DNA of 64,000 nucleotides from a candidate division WOR-3 bacterium (GTDB lineage Bacteria; Hydrothermota; Tepidihabitantia; B3-TA06): NCBI GenBank assembly GCA_965649265.1, contig CBFGKC010000005.1, positions 128,629 to 192,628 of the forward strand, read 5' to 3'. Shown piece by piece: positions 56,252 to 64,000 of this stretch (position 1 is its first letter; each line of letters starts with the position of its first letter). The notes under the pieces were generated by a model. It saw only the letters and a program-made list of their open reading frames with translations, ran no database searches and was not told where the DNA came from. The position numbers and the translations under genes were made by a program.

Positions 56252-57150
56252 TTCGCTCCAAGCACACTGCTCATGACTCCAACGTCGGCGCGCATGAGAT
56301 CGATATAGCTCCGGTCTCGGTTTCCGATCGGATCGATGGTAAGCACCTTTACGCCTGCCTCCCGGGCTATAACCTCGGCCGCCTTTGGAGAAAACTGAGG
56401 CTCAGTGAACACCGCCTTCACATTTGTTTTTCGTATTTCCGCGACCACCGCTTCGAGGTGTCTGGGCGAAGGCTCCTTGCCGGGCGAGGGTATGACTACG
56501 GCTACCGTGCGCAGGCCGTAGCGCCGGTCGAAGTATGCCCATGCGGGATGAAACGAAACGTACTCTTTTTTGGGGAAGGCGGAAGTGATCTTTTCGATCT
56601 CCCTGTCGAGCGAATCGAGCCTTGCCGCGTAGCGAGAGGCATTGGATTTATATGCGTCTGCGCCTTGGGGATCGATAGCAGAGAGGGAGTCGGCGATTGC
56701 ATGAACCACGAGCTTGGCGATCTCTGGATCGAGCCAGATGTGCGGGTTGGCCTCCTCCCCGTGAAGATCGGAATCCTCGCCGGTGATGAGTTCGACGCCT
56801 CCCAGTCTGGAGGAGACGAGGAGCCGGTTGTTTGCCGTGAGCATGCCGTCGAGCCAGCGGTCAACATCGAGGCCGACGCTTACGACGAGCCCGGCTCGCG
56901 ACACGTCTTCAGCCTGCGAGGGAAGAGGCTCGAACGTGTGGGGGGAGGCCCCGGGCGAAAGAAGCGTCTTAACCTCTACTCTTTCACCGCCCACCTCTCG
57001 CGCCCAGTCAGCAAGAGGTGGAATAGTGGCGACTACTACGAGCTTACCTGTGGATTTTTTTCCCCCACCGCATGCGGGGGACAGTGCGAGAGCGAGCGCT
57101 GCGAGCGACGATATGAGGATGAGCCGGACGGATCGCCTGAGGGTCTTCAT
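56248..57150 (-). CDS. znuA: Zn/Mn ABC transporter substrate-binding lipoprotein
   Basis: Lipobox SPAC; PGASPHTFEP; NPHIWLDP; HPAW.YF; probably leaderless at ATG 57150. Confidence 0.92.
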   Translation of the reverse strand: MKTLRRSVRLILISSLAALALALSPACGGGKKSTGKLVVVATIPPLADWAREVGGERVEVKTLLSPGASPHTFEPLPSQAEDVSRAGLVVSVGLDVDRWLDGMLTANNRLLVSSRLGGVELITGEDSDLHGEEANPHIWLDPEIAKLVVHAIADSLSAIDPQGADAYKSNASRYAARLDSLDREIEKITSAFPKKEYVSFHPAWAYFDRRYGLRTVAVVIPSPGKEPSPRHLEAVVAEIRKTNVKAVFTEPQFSPKAAEVIAREAGVKVLTIDPIGNRDRSYIDLMRADVGVMSSVLGAK

Positions 57151-57212
57151 AGGATTAAGGATAATTGCGAGCGCCGGGTTGTCAACGCATATGTTCGACA
57201 ATAGTCACGGTT

Positions 57213-57635
57213 CTACTGTAACACGAACCTGAAGGTAATGGTTCCCGCTCTGCTCTCGATGCCCGGTGCCTGTTTGAATTTCCACCGCGATACGGTTTTC
57301 TTGACCTCCTGATCCCATTCGGGGTAACCGGTGCTTTGCTTGACCGCGATTCCGGGAAGTACGCCGCCCTGGGAATCGACGGTGAAGCCGAGTACAATGG
57401 TAGCGACGCTGATTCCGCTGCTCCTTGCCCACGCCGGAACCAGCGGCATGGGGGTGCTCAGGATGTCGTTTCCGGATACTTCCGATCCATCCGAGAAAGA
57501 AAATCCGGACTTCAACGGAGGTGAGACGGGCGTTGCTGCAGGCATCGCGATGCAGGCCTGCAAGAACCGCTCGCATCCGGGAAGGGCGACAAAAAGTATA
57601 CACAAGGCAGGTAAAAGTTTTATTAATCTCTTCAT
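57213..57635 (-). CDS. Lipoprotein with a TonB C-terminal-like domain
   Basis: Lipobox LPGC; P..P; F.VD..G.V; STG..WD..V..WKF; TITFRF. Confidence 0.75.
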   Translation of the reverse strand: MKRLIKLLPALCILFVALPGCERFLQACIAMPAATPVSPPLKSGFSFSDGSEVSGNDILSTPMPLVPAWARSSGISVATIVLGFTVDSQGGVLPGIAVKQSTGYPEWDQEVKKTVSRWKFKQAPGIESRAGTITFRFVLQ

Positions 57636-57686
57636 GATGTACTCCGTTCAATGACGATTAATCTGACACCACGCCACTAATCTCCC

Positions 57687-58109
57687 CTACTCGTCCATCA
57701 TCTTCGACCTGACTATCCTGAAGGATATAGTACCCTTTCTCGTCTCGACTCCGGGTGCAGGTTTGAATTTCCACCGGGAGAGGGTGTTCTTCACATCCTC
57801 GTCCCACCCGGCGGTGCCCGTGGTTCCGGCGACGGCGATACCGGGTCTGACGTTGCCGTTGGAGTCGACGCAGAAGTCGAGTGTTACCGTGAGAGTGTTG
57901 ATACCCTGAGAGCTTGCCGAGTGAGGATATTCGGGCATCATGGAATTTGCAATATCGCTTGCGGAGAGTTCACCCGACAACCAGAACGCGGATGTGGTAG
58001 TGGAGTCCGGAAAGCCTGCTTCCTTGTTCCCTCCATTTTCCATCGCCGGACATCCGGAGATACACAAGATTAACACCGGCAAGGGACGAAATAATTCTTT
58101 CGGTTTAAT
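57687..58109 (-). CDS. Lipoprotein with a TonB C-terminal-like domain, paralog (probable ATT start)
   Basis: ISGC lipobox; PEYP; FCVDSNG.V; WD..V..WKF.PA; AGGAGG precedes in-frame ATT-ATT-AAA. Confidence 0.72.
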   Translation of the reverse strand: MKPKELFRPLPVLILCISGCPAMENGGNKEAGFPDSTTTSAFWLSGELSASDIANSMMPEYPHSASSQGINTLTVTLDFCVDSNGNVRPGIAVAGTTGTAGWDEDVKNTLSRWKFKPAPGVETRKGTISFRIVRSKMMDE

Positions 58110-58349
58110 AATACAAACCTCCTAAGAAAGGATATCACCCGCGAGGGATTTGTCAAGTTTGACCCGTGCGCGGAGATTGTGGCGAGAACCATTAGCCGGA
58201 TATCCTATTGGCAAAGGAAGCCCGGATGCGGGAAACAGGAATCCATAAAAAAACGGACAGTTCTTCCTTTGGATATGACGATTCAGATTGGCGAGGCGGG
58301 CTCAGGATGTTGTCTACGGAGAAGTTTGTGGAGGGCTTTGAAGATGATC

Positions 58350-59375
58350 TTAATGAGGGCTCTGAGGGAGGCTCTGAGGAGGGTTCTGAGGAGGGCTCGG
58401 AGGAGGGCTTAGCCATGCGTCGAGTAGTTCCTTCTCTCTTTCGGGTGAAAGTTCGACACGCAGCTTTGTCTCCTTGGGCCTGTGTTTGGCCCAGAGCAGG
58501 GTCTCGGCGATGGTCTGGGAAAGTGGAGTGAAGCGCAGCTTCTTCGAGAGGGCGTTCCGGATGTTTACGCTCGATATGCCTTCGGCCGATTTCGGAACCC
58601 AGACGGGCACGTGCACCTTGTTGGAAAGAATGAACTCCTCGCTCACCCATTCAAAGCCGGCGTCGCTGCCCGAGACCTTCTTGCACTCCGCGAGGAAGCG
58701 CTCGAACGACAGTGATCGCTCAGGACCAACGGCATTGTATACCCCTTTCTCGGATTTCTCGATCATACGGACGATCCATGCGGCAAGGTCGCGGGCGTCT
58801 ATAATCTGCATCGCTCGTTCCTTCGGACCCGGCGCGAGCACGGTGCCGCCGCGGTCGACGCGCAGCACCCAGTAGGTGAATCTGTCCGAGGGGTCGTGCG
58901 GACCCACGATGAGCCCGGGACGTATGATGAGTGCCCTGCCTGACGTCGCCTCAACCGCCGCTCGCTCGCACAAGGCCTTGAGCGGTCCGTAGGTTTCGTT
59001 ATTCACGTCTTCGACGCTCTCGTCGGCGAGCGTGCCGACGGGCGATGATTCGTCGAGACCCGGCTTGCTGTAGTCGGCGTAGACGGAAATCGTGGAGATG
59101 AAGACGTAGAGGTCGACCGTATTTTTGAGGAACTCTGCGGATTCGCGAACCACGCGGGGAACGTAACCGCAGGTGTCAATTACCGCGTCCCAGCTTCCGT
59201 CCTTTAGCGCCTCAAGGCTCTTCGTGCGGTCGCCGCGGAGCTTTTCGATCTGCGGGAACAAGTCGGGGTTGTGCTCGCCGCGGTTGAACAGCGTGACTTC
59301 GTGCCTTCGAGCAAGCGCGGCGTCAACAAGGTGGCGGCCCACGAAAACGGTACCACCCAGAATCAGTATCTTCAT
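58350..59375 (-). CDS. NAD-dependent epimerase/dehydratase (atypical SDR)
   Basis: LILGGTVFVG; LFNRG; ISTISVY; YGPLK..CE; RPGLIVGP. Confidence 0.9.
   Translation of the reverse strand: MKILILGGTVFVGRHLVDAALARRHEVTLFNRGEHNPDLFPQIEKLRGDRTKSLEALKDGSWDAVIDTCGYVPRVVRESAEFLKNTVDLYVFISTISVYADYSKPGLDESSPVGTLADESVEDVNNETYGPLKALCERAAVEATSGRALIIRPGLIVGPHDPSDRFTYWVLRVDRGGTVLAPGPKERAMQIIDARDLAAWIVRMIEKSEKGVYNAVGPERSLSFERFLAECKKVSGSDAGFEWVSEEFILSNKVHVPVWVPKSAEGISSVNIRNALSKKLRFTPLSQTIAETLLWAKHRPKETKLRVELSPEREKELLDAWLSPPPSPPQNPPQSLPQSPH
58355..58410. repeat. 12-bp tandem repeat GAGGGCTCTGAG forming the C-terminal PPQS tail
   Basis: About 4.5 units, with degenerate units continuing to ~58320. Confidence 0.75.
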
Positions 59376-59502
59376 TTCTCACGACTCCGTGGAGTATTCA
59401 CAAGGGACGATACCGAGGAACGGGCCGTTGTCAATACGTCGATCGGCAGTATTGTGTGGTCTCAGCGATTGACACCTGCTCCTCGCGGGCTAGGATTATT
59501 CC

Positions 59503-60156
59503 ATGTCAAACACATTGTTGATAACCCTTATCGTGATCGGGGCAATCATCGTCTTCCCCGTATTCTGGGTCTCGGCGGCAAAGGTCGTCCGCAAGATATG
59601 GCACTTCCCCTCCCCCCCGTACGTAGGACACTTTCTCGATTCGGACCTGCGGCGCAGGATGCAGCCTGCGGACAAGCTGATCGCGCGCTCGGGGATCAAG
59701 CCCGGCATGAAGGTTCTTGACCTCGGGTGCGGTTCGGGCGCTTACACCGCGGACGCGGCGCGCATGGTCGGGACTGATGGAAAGGTCTACGCCCTGGACG
59801 TTCAGCCCGCCATGTTAGAGCAGCTCAGAAAGAAGCTCGCAAAGCCTGAGAACGCCGACATCTCCAATATCGAGTTAATCCAGGCAAGTGCTTATGAGCT
59901 GCCGTTCGGGGACGCATCGCTCGACGTCGTCTATCTCGTGACCGTGCTCGAGGAGATTCCCGATATCCCGCGCGCGCTTGCGGAGGTCAAAAGGGTTCTG
60001 AAACCCGGCGGCGTTGTCGCGGTGACCGAGTTCTTCCCCGACCCCGACTACTCCACGAGAAGGACTACCGCAAAGAAGCTTGCAGCCTCACACTTCGCGA
60101 GGCAGGCGGTCGAGGGCGGCTTCTTCAACTACACGGCAAGGTTCGTAAAAGCTTAA
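59503..60156 (+). CDS. Class I SAM-dependent methyltransferase
   Basis: VLDLGCGSG; VYALD; LPF.D.S.D; RVLKPGG; probably leaderless. Confidence 0.92.
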   Translation: MSNTLLITLIVIGAIIVFPVFWVSAAKVVRKIWHFPSPPYVGHFLDSDLRRRMQPADKLIARSGIKPGMKVLDLGCGSGAYTADAARMVGTDGKVYALDVQPAMLEQLRKKLAKPENADISNIELIQASAYELPFGDASLDVVYLVTVLEEIPDIPRALAEVKRVLKPGGVVAVTEFFPDPDYSTRRTTAKKLAASHFARQAVEGGFFNYTARFVKA

Positions 60157-60311
60157 TACCTGACCTCACAAGAAACGGCGACACCTTTGGGCTGGCTGCT
60201 TGTCAAGACGGACTGCGAATCCTAAAGAATTAACCTCAAGAAATTGGAGATTGTGGGCGCGGGGATTGACTCCTCGCCTTGCTTAAGGGCAATTTCGATG
60301 AAAACTAAGAT

Positions 60312-60659
60312 TTACCGTGGTCCGACCCGGGATTTTAGAATGTAGAATCCTACTGGAACCCTGCAAATCAAATCCGTGAGAAAACCCCAGCTTATCTTGC
60401 AGCTTTGCCCCCATATCTCGCCTAACCCCTGGATTATCTCCGATTCAAAGGAAGCTTTCCTTGCGATTTCATTCAACCCTGGTGACTCCATAACCGTCGC
60501 AAACATTGCGTAAGTGACTTTGTTGGCATATACCTGATCGTTTAACGAGTCCATATCCTCCCGGTACTTTGACCAGGGGAGTTCCTTCGCCTGGACGCGG
60601 CCGCCAGTGGAAATAACGGCTAAAAGCGATATAAGAACGTGCCGGACATGGAACTCCAT
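60312..60659 (-). CDS. Hypothetical protein, possibly secreted or truncated
   Basis: Promoter TTGACA-N16-TATCAT (60712-60685), purine-rich SD, signal-like N-terminus; no family recognised. Confidence 0.4.
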   Translation of the reverse strand: MEFHVRHVLISLLAVISTGGRVQAKELPWSKYREDMDSLNDQVYANKVTYAMFATVMESPGLNEIARKASFESEIIQGLGEIWGQSCKISWGFLTDLICRVPVGFYILKSRVGPR

Positions 60660-60756
60660 CCTTCTTCCTTAAATGTTTACATAAATGATACGCAGGCGAG
60701 TGTCCTTGTCAAGCCAATTCCGTTGATTTTTCCTCAAGGAGACGTATCTTTTTCTG

Positions 60757-61977
60757 ATGAGTGCAAGAGACAATCCCACGAGGCGGAACACTCCTCCCGT
60801 TTTAGCAGTGCTTCTGGCCGCGCTGCTGTTCGGCGCGAGCGCGCCTTTATCCAAGCTGCTTCTTTCAAAGGTGGACCCCCTCCCCCTTGCGTCATTCTTG
60901 TACTTGGGTAGCGGATTAGGGGCACTGCTGTTTTTGGCGTTGAGGAGATTGAGCGGGAGGAGGGCGAGGAGGGCGAGGGGGGCGAGGCCCCCAGTGGGGG
61001 GGCGGGCGAGGACCGAGGCCCCGCTTCGGCTAAAGGACGCACCGTGGCTCGCGGGAGCGGTGCTTGCGGGCGGTGTTGCCGCGCCCATTGCGCTGCTCTT
61101 CGGATTGAAAGACACGCCTGCTGCAACCGCCTCGCTCCTCTTGAACTTCGAGGCGGTCTCGACCGCGCTGATCGCTCTCATCTTCTTCAGGGAACATGCG
61201 GGCGCGCGGACGTGGACAGCGGTGGCCGTTATGACGGCGGCGAGCGTTATTTTATCGGTGAGATGGGGCGGCCCCTGGGGCATTTCGACAGGAACGCTCG
61301 GTGTGCTCGCGGCATGCGTGCTCTGGGGAGCCGACAACAACCTCACGCGGCAGATATCTGCAAAGGACCCGGCTGCGATTGTGGCCGTAAAAGGGTTGGC
61401 CGCAGGTTCCATCTCGCTTGTTCTTGCGGTGACTACGGGGCAAAAGCTTCCCGCCGTCGGATTGATCGGCCTCTCCCTTGCCACGGGCTGCGTGTGCTAC
61501 GGGGCCAGCATAGTGCTTTTTATTGTTGCGATGAGGGGCATGGGTGCGGCGCGTTCGAGCGCCCTGTTCGCGACCGCGCCCTTCTTCGGCGCGCTGTTTT
61601 CGTTTGTCATTTTCAAGGACGCGCTATCCGGTCTCACCTGGCAGTTCGGCATTGCCGCGCTGTTGATGGCTCTTGGGACGTGGCTGCTTGTTGGAGAGAG
61701 GCACGAGCACGCCCACACCCACGAGGTCGTCGTTCACGAACACCGCCACCACCACGACGACCTCCACCACGAGCACAGCCATTGTGAAATCCAGGGTAAG
61801 ACAACGGGGTCCCCGAAGGTCGTGAAACGGCGACGATTTGGGAGCTCGCGTGAAGCGATCCTTCAGGGTGAAAGCCACTCCCACCCGCACAAGCACGACG
61901 AGGTTGCCCACAGCCACCCGCACAAGCCGGACACGCACCATCGCCACGGCCACGTGCGCGGCGGCCGGAAATCATAG
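60757..61977 (+). CDS. DMT/EamA transporter with His-rich tail
   Basis: 10 TM; LFGASAPLSK; SLLLNFE; DNNLTR; HEHAHTHE...HHRHGH. Confidence 0.9.
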   Translation: MSARDNPTRRNTPPVLAVLLAALLFGASAPLSKLLLSKVDPLPLASFLYLGSGLGALLFLALRRLSGRRARRARGARPPVGGRARTEAPLRLKDAPWLAGAVLAGGVAAPIALLFGLKDTPAATASLLLNFEAVSTALIALIFFREHAGARTWTAVAVMTAASVILSVRWGGPWGISTGTLGVLAACVLWGADNNLTRQISAKDPAAIVAVKGLAAGSISLVLAVTTGQKLPAVGLIGLSLATGCVCYGASIVLFIVAMRGMGAARSSALFATAPFFGALFSFVIFKDALSGLTWQFGIAALLMALGTWLLVGERHEHAHTHEVVVHEHRHHHDDLHHEHSHCEIQGKTTGSPKVVKRRRFGSSREAILQGESHSHPHKHDEVAHSHPHKPDTHHRHGHVRGGRKS

Positions 61978-62172
61978 ATTTATCTCCGACAAAAAATGGA
62001 CAGGACGAGCGAAATGGTATGAAGACGAGCGAGGGGGTATATCCAATTGATAATTTGTATCATTTTTATCAGCAGAAGCAAAACCTGTCCACTCTTATGT
62101 TTAAAACTTGACATAATAGGTTTTTTTTCTATACTAACGTGTCGGGTAGAAGTGAAAAAATGGAGGAAAATC

Positions 62173-62604
62173 ATGAAAAAAAACCTGATCATATGCGCGG
62201 CAGTACTGACAATACTGCTTGCCGCGAGCGTCGCTCTGGCCGACGAAGGCTGGGACAAAGCCTGGACCGCTGTAACGAGCAGAACAGGCTTCGTCATTAC
62301 GTTTTTGTACGATGAAGAGACCGCAAGCATGGGCGGTGTCTACCGGGTTGACGAAGAGCAGTACTTTTTATACGGCTCAACCACCACGATTGCGGGACTC
62401 AATGACGTCGTACTCGGCACCGGTTACTTTACCTCATGTTATAATGAGAATACGGAAGGAACCTGGAAAGGCGTGTTCTTTTTCGACGGTTACTGCTATT
62501 CGGACTATTCGCCCATTGACGGTTACTGGATGTGGCCTACCGATCCGCCCGGATCCGAAGAATTCACGGGCTACGCGATAGACCCCGGTCCTTTCAACGA
62601 GTGA
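62173..62604 (+). CDS. Secreted hypothetical protein
   Basis: Promoter TTGACA-N16-TATACT at 62108; SD GGAGG; signal peptide ending ALA. Confidence 0.75.
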   Translation: MKKNLIICAAVLTILLAASVALADEGWDKAWTAVTSRTGFVITFLYDEETASMGGVYRVDEEQYFLYGSTTTIAGLNDVVLGTGYFTSCYNENTEGTWKGVFFFDGYCYSDYSPIDGYWMWPTDPPGSEEFTGYAIDPGPFNE

Positions 62605-62626
62605 TCTCGAACACCCTTTAAGATTC

Positions 62627-62658
62627 GCCAGGCCCCAACCCGGGGCCTGGCTCGTTTT
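62627..62658 (+). terminator. Probable intrinsic terminator
   Basis: GCCAGGCCCC-AACCC-GGGGCCTGGC then TCGTTTT. Confidence 0.65.
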
Positions 62659-62865
62659 AGAGGCATTCTCCGATTTCACCAACCCCATGCGGGTCCACCA
62701 AAAACGTCAGCGATCCATGCCGGAGGAACCTGGATGTCTCAAACTGTCTCAGAATGAATCCGCTTCGCGGATGGTCCCCTGGGGAGTGCAGCGCGTACAT
62801 TTACTGATCGGGCTGACCTGAAGGCAGCCCCTGCATTCTTTTTCAGATTCAGAGCAGGTGAAATC

Positions 62866-62935
62866 CCCGTAACACCCGTAACACCCGTAACACCACCCTC
62901 CCCGGAAACACCCTTAACACCCACCCGTAATACCA
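62866..62935 (+). repeat. (CCCGTAACA)x3 plus degenerate units
   Basis: Direct reading. Confidence 0.85.
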
Positions 62936-62954
62936 ACCACGTCATCTCTGAGGT

Positions 62955-63084
62955 AGCGCCTGGAAGGCGCATGCGCGGAACTGCGTTCCACGGTTCATCA
63001 TTACTCCCAGAGGGGAGCGCCTGGAAGGCGCATGCGCGGAACTGCGTTCCACGGTTCATCATTACTCCCAGAAGGGAGCGCCTG
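62955..63084. repeat. 61-bp tandem duplication containing a GGAACTGCGTTCC hairpin
   Basis: Units at 62955 and 63016, partial at 63077; the core recurs at ~63350. Confidence 0.88.
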
Positions 63085-63186
63085 ATTGAGGCTGTATCTC
63101 ATTACGAGAAGTTACACCTTGCCCCCGTCCCCTTTCTGTCAAGGGAAGGGTATGCGTTTCCCGCCCCCGGTGAGAGGGATTGAGTT

Positions 63187-64000
63187 CGTAGGGGCCGACC
63201 TTCAGCGTGCCCCTTGGGATAAGCTTTATCCCATAGGGTATCAGGTCGGCCCGGACATTTCGACTGGCATCTTAAGGAGCATTTTCGTCAAGACGAAAAT
63301 AGGTGGCTCCCTGCGTTCGCCCTTCGGATGCTTCGGAGCCACCCGGGGTGGCATGCGCGGAACTGCGTTCCGCAAAGACTATTTCAAATCAAGGAGTACC
63401 GCCGGAGGCGGTTTGCTGAACGTATGCGCCTCCGGCGCTCGTTCAGCCCATGCGGTCTCTGGCCGCTCACTCTCCAATGACCGACACGGCAATCCCCCCT
63501 CCCCCCCTTCATAAGGGGGGCAACCCTCCTCGCCCTCACCGACTGCTTCCTGCGTGACCCTCGCCATCTGGGAGAGGGTAGGGTGAGGGAGTCCGACCGT
63601 GCTCCGGATGGTTTGAAGTTTTCTCTTACCTTTTTGATGAAGTGATTTAAGGAGCATTTTCGTCAAGACGAAAATAGGTTGCTTCGTATCGCCGGAGGCG
63701 ATTGAGGTCGCTACGAGCGACACTCGCAAAGACATTGTGACTCGGGGTCCCCAAAGGAGTGCATTCTATATTTGCGTGAGACTCTGGTTTGAAACGGAAG
63801 TTTGGCTTACCGGAGTAAATCGAAAGTCAAACTTCAAACCGCCCCCCTAGGGGCGGTCTTTGTCCCACTTTTTCTACCCCACAAAATCGCTACGCGTTTT
63901 CGTGGGGACCCCGGTTTTGTCCAACTTTTGACCCACTTTTTTTCATCGAAAATACCCTCAAAATGCCCGTTTTGTCCATCTTTTGACCATCTTTTGTCCA
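63187..64000. repeat. Gene-free REP mosaic including copy 3 of the composite repeat
   Basis: GTAGGGGCCGACC REP; TTAAGGAGCATTTTCGTCAAGACGAAAATAGGT twice (63272, 63647); modules shared with 7975-8030; 11-bp TTTTGTCCATC array at the window end. Confidence 0.8.

Noticed and set aside
62955-63084. CRISPR mini-array
   Set aside because: A plain 61-bp tandem duplication without distinct spacers

Overview
A GC-rich bacterial chromosomal window. Several secreted proteins carry T9SS-like C-terminal sorting domains, which suggests an FCB-related candidate phylum such as WOR-3 (inference). Housekeeping blocks are a 2-oxoacid dehydrogenase E1a/E1b/E2 operon without E3, proS-rimP-nusA-infB-ylxP-rbfA-nrnA-truB-ribF, and a znuABC-type metal ABC transporter. 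They are interleaved with tandem paralog pairs, secreted peptidases (S8, C25) and dense REP-like and short tandem repeats. The most notable observations are: (1) an AT-rich, self-promoted, orphan gasdermin-like pore-former (6793-7617) with no adjacent cytoplasmic protease; (2) three heme-type DOMON proteins plus a 72-aa two-helix H-x13-H membrane peptide, a possible split DOMON/cytochrome-b electron conduit; (3) a ~53-nt candidate sRNA with a perfect promoter, a terminator and two anti-Shine-Dalgarno motifs (39033-39085, minus); (4) a composite repeat whose same end abuts both foreign-looking genes (gasdermin-like and tcmP); (5) a frame-preserving CCCGTAACA 9-mer and GGGGTCCCC hairpins found inside coding sequences; (6) expression signals including mostly 16-bp promoter spacers, leaderless genes and three probable ATA/ATC/ATT starts. 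All family calls come from reading motifs by eye; no database searches were run. No tRNA, rRNA, CRISPR array or transposase was recognised.
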